Source: Raillietiella orientalis | Taxonomy: Eukaryota | Length of the DNA: 64,000 bases | Direction: 5' to 3' | Assembly: GCA_036172245.1 (NCBI GenBank) | Contig: JAYWIR010000053.1 | Coordinates: forward strand, 620,001 to 684,000 | Part shown: one piece after another, positions 38,601-50,043 of the stretch | Position numbering within the stretch: position 1 is the first letter of the stretch | Layout of the letters: the number at the start of each line of letters is the position of its first letter | Position numbers and translations under genes: made by a program | Notes under the pieces: generated by a model | Seen by the model: the letters and a program-made list of their open reading frames with translations, nothing else | Database searches by the model: none | What the model was told of the DNA's origin: nothing

Positions 38601-41600
38601 GGGACCAGCACGCCCAGTCGAAGCCTTGCGGCGCTACAGGTCAGGGTGCTTCGAACTTGAAAGGACAGAATGACCCTTAACGTGGGACTGTGCAGGAGGA
38701 CAGATCTCTCTCTTTGGAAGAGTCCTCGAAGAATTCCAATCCTGATTTTCTTGGAGGTTCAACGCCTGCTTGACCCTGAAGAGGATTCTAGGGTGGGAAT
38801 TCTAGGTGCCCTCACGCGGACCACCTCCGCCGTTTGGAGTTCCTGCTACTTGTCGAGTAGCGGTGCCGCACGGGATCCTGCCGTGATGGAACATCAAAAG
38901 GTGCAGTCCTGGATCTCTAGAAGCAGTTCATGGTCCACCACAGACCGTGGGTTTAGGGGTGCTGGTTGTCCAAGCCTTTCCCACGTCGGTTTTTCGTGCT
39001 TCTGCGACGGTGATGGTCTTATGCAGAATGTGCCCCTCTTTCCCCCCCTTCCAGTGCTCGAGGGTTGGATGCAGTCCACTGCGAGCCCTGGTCTTGAAAG
39101 AGCACGCGGGTCTCGTAGGTCAACCACCCTGTAGCTGGCGCTTGTAATCCGGCACTCGCCTTTCTTGGGGGATCCCCGACTGGTGGCCAAGCGCTCACCA
39201 GCGACGGACGGTTTCTTCATGCTCTGGAACCTATTTTGTGTTGCCGGTAGCACGCTGAAGAAGAGCGTAATGATTGTGGTCGGCTCCTCAGCCCAGGATT
39301 CCCTGCTTTTCGGGACAACCTTCGACTTTTCCGTGTCGTGTTTCCTCCTCCATGAGAGACCCATCACGTGTCACTTTCCTGTTGCTTGAGACAGAAAAAG
39401 ACATCAGACCGTCGGTCTCGTTCAGGCCATCTCTGCGTAGGCTCGGTGGAACGCGTACGGCCATTTTGACGGTGTCTGATGATCTGCCGCAGGCTCTTGG
39501 GTTAGGCGGCGTGGGTCGCCGGACACATGCCAATGCCTCTTTCCTGGCATGGCCAGGGCAGACACTTTATTTAGCCTGACCCTCGGTTTTCGACCGCCCC
39601 CTATTAGACGTCGTTGGGTACCGACAAGTTGATCGGCTGCCTTCTCCGGCATATGTGCTTCAGAGATGCCTTTTGAAGATGAATACCCGAAGAGGTGAGC
39701 ACTGTGAATCCCTTCTTTGAAGTTTGATTTTTGCGTGATGGATCTCAAATTCGAACATTCGTGGCACCCTACACTGATGGAGACTCAATAAAAATTTCCA
39801 AAGGGCCTTGCTGTCGGATACCATGGGCGTTTTTTTTTCACAAAACTTCACCATCTGATCGTTTGTAAACGATGATGTAACAGGCTCATCAAAAACCATT
39901 CCCCCATCTTGCGTTGTTCCTAGGCAACTTGCGCGCGTACTTTGTAGTTGCTGGAATCTCCCGTAGATGACGGGGCTTCCACCAGAAACCGCAGCATTTT
40001 CCCAAAAACCTCACATCACGAGAGCTGGGATTTGCTTATCAACATCGTGCTCCTGTTTTCTTCCTGCACCCGCTCCCCTCCCAGAATGAAGTACTTTTAT
40101 CCGATTGATTTATATAACCGTTTCCTCTCGAGTCTGTGCCTTGTCCAAAATCCAATGCAAATGAAGATGCTATATGTTCCTGCTTCGCCTTTAAACTGTG
40201 TGATTTTGTCGGCAGTCGGACTTTCGCAGAGGATCACTTCGGGAGCCGCGCTGCAAGGTCTTTTATCAGTGTCTTTTTGCTTGGAGGGAGTCTATGGCAC
40301 TCACTATCAGACACCAACCGTTTCAGCTTTTCTTTTTTCTTTTTTCCATCAAGGATGGGACCCCGGACGAGAAAGAACGCAGCCGAACGGATGAATCGAT
40401 TTCGGCTGGTGTTCCGGACCGCGAGCCGCCTGGGAGTAGTCGATTCTTCCTGCTTGTGCGCTCCCAACCGTCTACAGAAAGCACGAAGTCAAGCAGAGAG
40501 AGAGAGGGAGAGACAGCGCCAGCAAGAGTGGTTTGGTTTCCTCCTCACCCGGGACCCCCTCACGCCAAGACACGCACGCTGATCCTTCTTGAGCGAGCGG
40601 TCATCTCGAGGTGCTCTCATGCGAAATCCTGTTGCGCCGGATGCTCGTTTGATGCATTGGTTGCGCTCAGTTCGGTGAACCGAATAGCAGGGCGCAACCT
40701 TTTGAAGTGACTCGCGCTCGTTATCATTATCGACCAATTGTGAATGCGACCTCTGCCCGTGAAACAAACCCCAACATCGCTCAGCCTTTCAACTGGAAAG
40801 GCAAGCAGCGACAAAAGCAAGAACAAAAGCAAAAACTCCAGCTTGAAGATGAGTCCAATTTCAGAGCGGCCCAACTGCATCCAAAGTTCGAAGGTGCCAT
40901 TATACTCCACGGAATGGAAGATGAGTTCCACGAGAGCGCACATTTCGCATTCTCCGGTGAGAATTCGGGATGCTTCCCCACTGCTTCGAAATCATAACGA
41001 TGCCTTCCGAATTTCCTCGCTGCCGGCATCTTCCTTGGAGGCTGCGTTCAGTTCCCCGCCATGGATGGAAGAAGGGGGGGGAGGGGAACAAAAAACGAAA
41101 ACTTCGGCATGCAGAATTCGCAGCTGGGATTCCCGGACCGCAGCCTCTGGCCCCGAACTTTTCCGCGGCAGTGAGACTTCAGCCGCTCTTTGGAGTCCTC
41201 CACCTGGGAAAACGCGTCGCTGGGTTGTTGGCACAAACCCGAATCGTCTCGAATGCGCACGATTGCGACGAGTCGCCCTGTCTCGGTCCTGCCGGCGGCG
41301 GAAAGGATGCTTTTCGGAAACTCAGTGACCCAATTCTTCCAGCTTTCCGGAACGTCCCGCTTCGGCGAGTATGTGAGAGGCTGCTGCACGCCGCCTCGTT
41401 CCTTGAGGTCTGTCGAAAATGCGCAGTTCGCAGAACACGAATGTGCGCTCTCAACGAGGTCTCCTTCAGCGGATCAGCCCGTGAGAGAATGGGCAGTTCG
41501 GGCCGTTTTGCGCCACTCATCTTCACAGTTAGAAAGGGGTGCAGGAAACTCGAAGCGGATCCGTTTACTTTCCCCAGCGCATCACGGATGGCAACCGCGT

Positions 41601-41867
41601 CGCCACGGCGCTTACGTGGAAAATGGCCGCAACGTCTGCTTGAATCTGAAGCTCTCGTTGACCGATCTGCGTTCGCCTCCGGCCATGGTGTTCCGAGCGC
41701 GCGATGCAGTCTTGAATTCCCCATAATCCCTGTCCGTTTTTACCTGCTACTCACGCGTCCCCGGGAACGATGGCACCCTCGTCCTGCAGCACTGAAAACA
41801 AGCAGTGATGGGAAAATACCCTTTGACGTTGACCGTGGCAACAGCGAATTGTCAGCTTGGCCCGCTC

Positions 41868-42600
41868 TGGAGGCCGCGTGGTCATGGTCTCCGCGCGTGG
41901 CACCAGGCGTCGCGGGTTCGAATGCTCGGATAGAATCGACGCCGAGAGATGGAGGTGCGTCGTTTGTCACCCGGATTTGCCAGGGCACTTGTTATTTAGA
42001 TTTTATAATAAAGTCGTCATTATGTTCATTTTTGTGGTAGAACACTTGGTTCTACCACGCGCACAAGACTTGTCATAAGCCGGTACGCAGACCGGTGAAG
42101 TCCTCTCCGTTGGCGATGGGGGCGGGAATACCAAAACAAGTACGCAAAAATCAGCAAAACGGGAGTGAGATGTTTTTCGGGAAGGGGAGGGCAGGTATGG
42201 GGTCACCGGTCTCCTGGAGTGGAGATGGGGGTGCGTCGTGGATTTCGAGTTACTCCCGCAAGATGACGCTGGTTGTCTGGCCTCTATTCGGGTTCGGCAC
42301 TGGTAGCGGATAAAACCGAATGTCCCCGAAGAGTGGCAGGGATTGAAGTTGACCCCCCAGAGTCCTACCAGGATACAGAATCAAGCTGTCCAGTTCCCCC
42401 CCTGTTTGCTCCCTTCTGTTCATCTCATACCATAGAGCTCCAGTGGATTGATAGCACCTCTCCAGGAGTGCCGCCCCCGCCGGGGAACGCCCTTCAAGAA
42501 AAATTCGGAAGCATCCCTTCGGGATTCTCTTCAGAGGATAAACAAGGGGCGGTTCCCTTGTGGATTCCCTCCAGACAGGAACTTCCAAGAGCGAATTGCA
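41868..42600 (+). mobile_element. tRNA-headed repeat interrupted by a LINE tail
   Basis: Head GGCCGCGTGGT...GTCGCGGGTTCGAAT (41872-41923); body resumes near 42295 (GGCAGGGATTGAAGTTGACCCC...CCCTTCGGGATTCTCTTCAGAGGA, matching 60779-60802). Confidence 0.8.
41963..42290 (-). mobile_element. L1/Tx1-like 3' UTR inserted in the tRNA-headed repeat
   Basis: Terminus AATAACAAGTGCCCTGGCAAATCCGGGTGACAAA and ACCGGTCTGCGTACC UTR motif. Confidence 0.7.
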
Positions 42601-42859
42601 TACGGGCAATATCGTAGCCGAGGAAGTCCGCTGAGGTGCGATTATTGCTGGTTGAAAACTGTATCCAATACCCCACCTAGGCAGCGTGAAATACCGCTTC
42701 CGCGGCAATTTTTGTGTGCCCTGCGTGGGCAAAACCCAAGTGAAAAACTGAGCAGCGACAGTGACTGCATCGGCCCTCTCAGTTTGTGCAACGAAGGACC
42801 AGTAGCGGCACCCAGGTGAAGGACTCGCATCCCCCAGCAACGGAGGTTCCTTCCGGAGG

Positions 42860-44265
42860 CATGCAGGCAGCAGTGGAGACGAGACCCGCGTCACCTTAGC
42901 AGATGGACGTAACGGCGGCTGAAAGTGGACCGGCGTCGTACGCGGCGGCGCAGTCCTTTTCCTACGCGGTGGTAACAGCGGGAAATGCAACCGCGCCCGC
43001 GCAAAATAGAAAAAAAATACGGAAAACCTGAGGTGGGCATCGTCCTCGACATCGACGAATCCATGGTGCCCGAAGGTGAAGGCGATAACCTTCAAAACTG
43101 GGCTCATCCGTGTCCACAATATCAAGGTTTACCTGGAACTGTATAAAGAAAATGTTGATTTTGACAGCGTACAGGGCATCGTCCCGAGTACAAGCGGGCT
43201 GACTATATACACCAACAGTGAACTACTCATCGAGGCCCTCGTTGAGAAGGGAATCACTATACGGGGAAGAGTGGTGCGCGGAATCGACGGAACGCCGTAT
43301 ACGACGGCATTAACGCAGCAAGCGGAACGGCAATTCCTCGACTGCTATGGAGTAGTAAAAAATGTGGAACTCAGAAACCACATTGGCAAAGTCTTCTCTG
43401 GCGATGTAATTGCCAAAATGAAGCTGAACAGGATATGAAGATTCCGGGATTGGCATACATCGATGTACACTCTCACGAGGTCCTCTTCAACCGGTATTCT
43501 GTACCGATCGCAAAACCTTTGGGGATCGCGTAAATGCGTGCCCCCACGATCACGGTGCTACGGCTGCGGTAAGCAGGGTCACCACATAAGCCTGTGTGAC
43601 CAGCCCGAGGTTTGCGCATTCTGCAAGCTCCCTGGACACGCATGGTGGAGCTGCAAGGAATTCACAACTGGCGAGAGATGTAAGGTCTCTCCCCCGTGAG
43701 AGAGAGAACCAAGGAAGCTGCCGTAATGGCCAAGCCCGCACCAAAGGCGGTGCCATCCACGGAAGACGGCTTCCAAGAAGTAACGAAAAAGAGAGGAAAG
43801 AGAAGGATGTACCCGGAAGAGCAGAAGGTCTCCGAGACAAGAAAAGAAGAACAGATGGAAGTAGCAGTGCCCATCCCGGAAAGGCAGGAAACCCTGCAAA
43901 TTACCGCGGAAGTGACTCAGCTAAGAGAAGAAATCCGCCCTGGAACAACAAATGAAGAGCAAGGGCAAATCCTGCGTTGCATTTGCGAGTCCCAGGAGGA
44001 CATTACCACCAAGGTGGTAGAAGAATCCCAACGCCACGGGCTGGAAAGTCCGAAATTGTAAAGTCCGTTGGATTTAAAGTCCGAATTTTATTTTAGCCTA
44101 GAGACGCTCCCACGAAAAGTAGTAGCCAAAGCTGAACAGCAGGCCGGCGAAATGGACTCTATCGACATCGGGGAGTCTGAGAGCGATGCTAGTGGCAAAA
44201 GCTCTTTTGTCCAGATGATCCAACGGTCTCCGAGGCAGAAGAGAATCAGGAAGACCAAAAAATAG
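42860..44265 (+). pseudogene. Tx1/L1-type ORF1 (gag-like, two CCHC zinc knuckles), frameshifted
   Basis: N-terminal SYAAA, GITIRGR...FLDCYGVVKNVE...SGDVIAKMKL, CYGCGKQGHHISLC and CAFCKLPGHAWWSC (43556-43654), acidic/basic C-terminal tail, stop 44263-44265. Confidence 0.9.
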
Positions 44266-44274
44266 AGGTCCCCT

Positions 44275-45000
44275 ATGGTCTCGTTCTTGTCCACCACCAA
44301 GAGGATCAACATCGCCTTTTGGAACGTAAATGGACCAAAGCACCAGGCAAAAAGGAAAAGAATCTTGCGGACCATCGCACGACAAGCCATCGTATGCCTT
44401 CAGGAGACCCACAACATGGGCCACCAGATCGGCCTCGAGACGGAACGACGCCCTAACTCCCAGCTGTTCTCCAGCGCGGGACAGAAGAAGACCCAGGGGG
44501 TGGCGATCCTTGTGAGGACCTCACCCACACCATCCTGGAGACCTTAAATCCCATATCTGAAAAGATCGTCGCAGTACGAGTATCCTGATCCGCCAACGTT
44601 CATCTGTTCCTGGTTAGCGCTTACGGACCTCACAAACAAAAACATCAGTGCACAGAAGCACTGCATGGAGCGTTGCGCCAGAAAGTCACACCCAAGGAAA
44701 TCGTCATCGTCGTGGGGGACCTCAACATCCTGGATGAAATACCCGGAACTCCAGAGGAAGACGGGCGTATCGGCAGCTGTCCGACGAGTTCGGGCTGCTG
44801 TGGCTAACAGCAAGCTACAAGCCGATCGACCACGTCCTCTACAAATAGGGAACCGCATCCAGGGTTTTCGCGACACTCAGACTCTGCTGTCGGATCATCC
44901 TCTGGTACGGTTTTTTCTGAAGACGGAAAATCCTCGACGAAAGAAAGGCGCCAGGGCGGCGCTACATACATCGCTCCACGCAGGGTCGGTGGACTCGGTC
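44275..45000 (+). pseudogene. ORF2 N-terminal APE-type endonuclease, frameshifted and truncated
   Basis: WNVNG, CLQETH, GVAIL, VSAYGP, VGDLN, IDHVL and LSDHPLV motifs in order; ATG 9 nt after the ORF1 stop. Confidence 0.92.
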
Positions 45001-45149
45001 TCCTGATGATGGAGCATATAGAGCACGAGCTCCAAATACGCAAACTCGCCCTTGTGGCGAGATACTGAACTGCGCCATGGTGCATCCCGACACCCCTGAG
45101 GAAGGGGGATGAGGACAGAGGACCCTCTGGGTCGCACTATGGGGTAAGG

Positions 45150-46060
45150 AAGACCCCCAGTCTGACTGAAGAATTCCGCGTCGGGCGTGGATAGGGGTGC
45201 GTTTCAACCCGCTGGCGAATCCTGCGAATCGGTAGGCAAAAAGGGAGAGGCGAACGATCAAACTACTGACGTCATCCCGTGGTGGAGGACAACCTCGACC
45301 ACCTTCGACCACCCGGCGGCGGAGACCCCCAGCGCCGTCTGGCGCGTTCCCGTGCGCCTCTCGTCAGTCGGGCGGCCGAGATCGAGCGACCCTCCTCCTC
45401 CTTCCTGGCGTCCCACAGTGAACTCTCCTTAGGGCGGTCAACACCAACAGAGAAGGACAGCAGCCGGGCATTTTGCATCCCTTCTGACGGTCTCCCCTGG
45501 TTACGGGGAGCGGCTGGCGCGAAGATCGCCGAGCCGATCCCGGAGATACCGCAGCGAATGCCGTGCCCTATCTGCAGCAGCTGCTCACTTCAGTAGACCA
45601 TCGGTCATCCCTCAAAGGGCCGACCTGAGAACGTCCGGGCGTCCTGAGGGGCTGCTCCCGACGCCCTCCCGGGAGCTTCGCGGGGGAAGGCGCTCCGGGC
45701 ACCGGACGCGAAGCCGTCGCGGTTACTGCGAGCGGCAGCAGCCGAGATGTCGCGAGTGGGCTCGCGCCATCTCGGAGCATCGGTTGATGTGAGGAGATGC
45801 AGAGCTTTCTGAACCCCCCTCCCCTCCCTTTCCTTCCCGCAGGTGGCGCTCGGACCTGACGCGTCCGCTTCATTCTCCTTCGCATCTTCTCGCAGCGCCG
45901 GACGCGTGGCCGCCACCCCGGGACCACAGATTCTGCCCATCACAGACCACTTCTCGGTTTCATCCCGTCTTCAGTAGCTTCGCTGTTTCCCGCCTTCCTG
46001 CTTTTTCTCCCCCATGTTGAACAACATGCTCCGTTCCAGCTTCCCGAACACTGGCAGTGT
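45150..46060 (+). mobile_element. Highly decayed ORF2 linker and RT N-terminus
   Basis: RSRA...ERPSSSFLA (RSR..GE.PS.YF-like), GKALRAPDAKPSRLL (GKAPGPDGLP-like), AGRVAAT...QILP. Confidence 0.5.
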
Positions 46061-46069
46061 CCATCGACC

Positions 46070-47470
46070 TCCACCCGCCCACGCAGTGGAGTTCATTAAA
46101 ATTTGAAAGAAATTCCCAACGGCGTGGTTGGACTCACGTGGTCCACTCACGCTCGACTTGTCCTTGGGCCTGCCGGCGATGTCCGCTTCTGCAGCGGAAG
46201 GGAGAGAAAAACCAAAAGAAAAATAAAAAAAAGTTCATGGAATAAAAATAAAAAAAAAAAAAGCTGGAGGGTGATCAGGAAAGGGATCGCTGCTCGCTGG
46301 AGGGCGCCCTCTGCGTCGTTTTTAGGATGCCGACCGGGTCGGTCCTGATTGCATCTGGGTGGGGCCATCTGGCTGTTGCCCACAGACAGAGGAGTGCACA
46401 CTCCATGTTGTCCCTTGCGTTTAGCTCTCTTTCGGCTTTGCTCTAGGCCGCCGCAATTCCGCGGATGCAGCAAGGAGCTGCTCAGTCTGCGGCTGACTGC
46501 ACGACGTCCCTCATAAAGTTAGGTTGTAAAACCTCCCTGAGGAAGGGGGAGGCAACCGGGGTCGACAGGGTCGTTCCAAAACGTTCACACAATTGCCGGA
46601 GGGCAACACAAGCAGGTGCGGGGAGATTCCTGTTCGCTGCACCTACGACAGTCCGGCCTCGCCCTTCCCAGCGTCCAATGGTGTCCTCGTGCGCTGCAGC
46701 GAAGACCCCAGTGCAACGGCAGAAGTGACGACTCCTGCCACTTCAAGGGAAGGGTGCTGTTGCCCTTAAGTGCTGGAGATCAGTCCAGCTCTTCGGATGG
46801 AATGCCGAGCCAGCTCGCCCCTAGCGCTCGCGGAAGGACACTGAGGGTCTCAGCATCCGTCAGCTGCCCCATGCTTTTATCCCCTCATCAGCTTCCGCCT
46901 GCCTGCAATCTCTCAGGAGACTTTCCATCGCGTCCTTTGGCTGTCACCTAGTGCCCTCCTCAGGAGTGGCATCGTTGCAGCAGGGGAGTCATCTCTACCA
47001 AGTATTCCTTCTGGGACACTCCAGGATCTTCCAAAGCGAGCAGCGGGAGTGGATGCCGAGTTACAGGCAGTTCTATTCTTCGGAGCTGGGCTCGTTCATC
47101 TTTGAAGACGTGCCAACTGGTTCTTCTAGCCAGGCGACAGGTAGGCAGACAACAGACCATTCAGCCGTTCTCCTTCGCCTGGGTGGCCACGCGTCCGAGA
47201 AGACAGCATTTTCTCACTTTCCGGTAGGAATACAAAAGGTACGACGCAAGCCCTTCCTTTGAGGACACACGGCTGACGAGGACGCGAGCAGGAACGCATC
47301 AGGAGGTGCTCCAGTACTTCGCAACGATGGCCATCGTTCGCCATCGCTACCAGACTTCCATCCTCTCCAGCGTCAGGAGGTCGAGGCCGCCGTCCCGGCG
47401 CAGTGCACACAAGTCCTCCAGCTGACTCGGGACCTTCGTGGTGTTCTTTGATGATAGCGTACCGGTCTTC
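46070..47470 (-). mobile_element. 5'-truncated L1/Tx1-like element
   Basis: LEDLCALRRDGGLDLLTLERME, LHWGLRCSARGHHWTLG, HLLV, CIRGIAAA; terminus AATGAACTCCACTGCGTGGGCGGGTGG at 46071-46097. Confidence 0.88.
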
Positions 47471-48299
47471 CTCCCAGAAATCCTTACCACCGTCCCATCC
47501 CGTGGGTGCGTCATCAAATAATGTTCATTTGAAGCGATTGCTGCCGCATGAGGAAATAGCAGAATTTTTTGATGCAATCAAAGCATAAATTCATGCGCAC
47601 TCATGAAATAAATAAGTGCGCATAAATAAATATTTTAAAATGGCAATTTTTTTTAAAAGAAAGCACTTTTCTAACGCCCATTTACCGTGAATGCAGCTTG
47701 GAAATGTCCCTGCCAATCACCTGCAAAGGTGTGTGTGGTCGAACTGCGTGCCGCAAACTTTACTGCGAACGTGGCAGAATGTAACCACACTCATCCACGA
47801 ATCCGATTCTCCCTCCGCTCGAAGTTTCGCATCCTTCTGCTGCCGGTAGGAGGCTGGGATCGGCATGCCGTGTCCTCCTCGACGTCCTTCACTCACCCCG
47901 TGTCCACGGCGACGGGGATGCGCCAGCGCGTGAGTGCGGCTGCTAAGGACGGGGTGTTCTCTCCAGCGGTGCCGAAGACGTCCATCAGCTGCCAGCTCCC
48001 GACGAACCAGCGGCACAGGGAGCACTGGTCCCACGCCCGGGAAGAGGAAGGGGGGGAAGGAGGACGAACACGTGTCCGGGACAGGCGCTGGATGCTGGGA
48101 GTAGCGCTCTGCGTTCCGTGGAGGATCCGGGAATTCATGGGGAATTCATGGGAATTCACAGAGGAGGTCACTTTCGCTTCCTGGAGTGGGGAGGGAGAGG
48201 GGGGCTTCAGCCGGCGTTTGCGAGAGCAGCGTGGAAGGCACCGGTTGCCGAAAGACGAAGGCGGAGCCAGAAGGGGAAGGGAGTGGGAACCGTCTCGAC

Positions 48300-48398
48300 G
48301 CGTGCGCCATCGCGGGCCCACCGGTCGCACTTGCGGTGCGGTGAGCGCGCCGATCTAAAAGTGGTGCGAGCAAACGCGCTGACAATTTGCATTTTCCC
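48300..48398 (-). mobile_element. Possible Mutator-like TIR end (unpaired)
   Basis: Minus strand starts GGGAAAATGCAAATTGTCAGCGCG...GTGGGCCC, similar in style to MULE termini; no partner found in the window. Confidence 0.25.
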
Positions 48399-48412
48399 AT
48401 TCTCAGAAGAGG

Positions 48413-49110
48413 TTTTTCACCCGGATAAGCCGGGTGAAAAAAAGACATTTCCCCATTTCACCACGCTTTTATTATTTAAATTCTTTCAAGAAAATTTTAT
48501 AATAAAGTTTGTAATAATCTTTTTTGTAGTTTTTTCAGTCAGAACACAAGATTCTGACTGTCTTGTTGCACTTGTCCTTACCGACCCGTAGGCCGGTGAG
48601 GTCCTCTACACTGGCGAAGGGGGCGGGAAAACCAGAAAAAACAGAACAAAAAACAAAAACGCCTGGGGGGACAATGTTTTATGGGGAGGGGAGGGAAGCG
48701 AAGGGATCACGGTACGCCGCGAGAAGGCCTCTGCATCCGGTTTTGGATGCAGACAAGTGCCGGCAAATGTTTTCTCAACCGGCGCCATCGGGAAGCCCTC
48801 TCCACGGAGATCACTGCCCAATGAATGGCATTCCGCTTCTGTGTCCTCTCCTTGACGCAGTCCACTTCTCCCGTATTCCACGTATGCAGCAGAGAACTGC
48901 TACACGCGGCGGCTGGCAGGGAGTCCCGCATCAGGAGACGTCGCAAAATGGCTTTGGGTCTCCCACCGGAATGTTCAGAATCGACGAGAGTCGATCCCAC
49001 ATAGGGAGAACGGCAACACACTCGATGAGGAGGTGGGGGAAGGTTTCCCGTTCCCCGCACCTTGCACAATCGGCATCTACACTCCCTGATGCCCGTGATC
49101 AAGAAACGGA
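48413..49110 (-). mobile_element. L1/Tx1-like 3' fragment
   Basis: CRLCKVR...PHLLIECVAVLPMWDR...RRLLMRDSLP; terminus is a perfect palindrome TTTTTCACCCGG-ATAAG-CCGGGTGAAAAA (48413-48441). Confidence 0.85.
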
Positions 49111-50043
49111 TCGAGGACCTCCTGACTTGTGAGCTCCACACAGTGACAGTGGATTGGGACTCCTTACGCTGGAGCGCATGGAGCAGCAGCTCCAATTTCG
49201 AAGACTCGCCCTTGCGGCCAAATCTTGGACAACCTCTAGGTGCGAACCCTCACGACTCCTCACCAGCAGAACGACCAACTGCGGAGGATTGTCTTCGATC
49301 CTGATAGCATACGAACGCAGCCTGGGCTATTGTGGCCATCAGCTGCGCCAGATGGTAGCTCTGATGAGGAAGAACACGTGGATCTCCTGCCTTCCCGCGA
49401 ACTGTACTGTCTGGCTTCAGGAGTCAGTCTCCTCGATAATAGGGCTGCAACAGATTGACCTCAATCCTTGTTGCTAACGAGCGCAGCCTGAACCATTGTG
49501 GCTTTCAGCTGCGAGACGTGGTTGCCCTGGTGAGAGAAAATCCGTGGATCTCCTGCACCCCTGCGAACTGGACTACCTGGCTTCAGGAGTCCGTTTCCGC
49601 GTGGGAAAAGATCAACGGCTCCAGCGATGTGGACTTCTCCTGGCTCCGTCGAGGCAGGTACGCTGGCCGGCCCCTGGTTTCCAACCCACAGAAACTTCTA
49701 TGGGCTTCCTTCACCCCCCTTGCCCCCGTGCTGCACTCCTGAGAGACGCTAGGGACAGCCAAGAGGAGGCATCGTGGTAAGTGTCCTGCCTCATCCGAGG
49801 CAGGAGAAAACCGCTGGAGGCGTGGACATCTCGGGAAGTAGCGGAAGCTGCAGCCCCAAGTGTTCCTCCTAATGGACTTGTGCGCTGGAGCGAACTGCTC
49901 GGGATACCTCCGGAGGAGGTGAAGTGGTCCCCAGCGTCTTGTGACAACGGCACCCTCCTTTTGGATTGGCAGGAGACGCCGCCGCTAGTGCTGCATTGGG
50001 GACTCCTTTGCAGAGCACGCCTCTTCCACTGGACATCAGGGAG
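49110..50043 (+). mobile_element. L1/Tx1-like internal ORF2 fragment(s) with an internal duplication
   Basis: GLLTLERMEQQLQFRRLALAAK; the ILxAxERSL..CG.QLR..VAL...WISC.PAN...WLQESVS block occurs twice; ends at LHWGLLCRARLFHWT. Confidence 0.88.

Noticed and set aside
40970..42040. 356-aa ORF, longest in the track
   Set aside because: Runs through the tRNA-like head and an antisense LINE tail; no recognisable motif.
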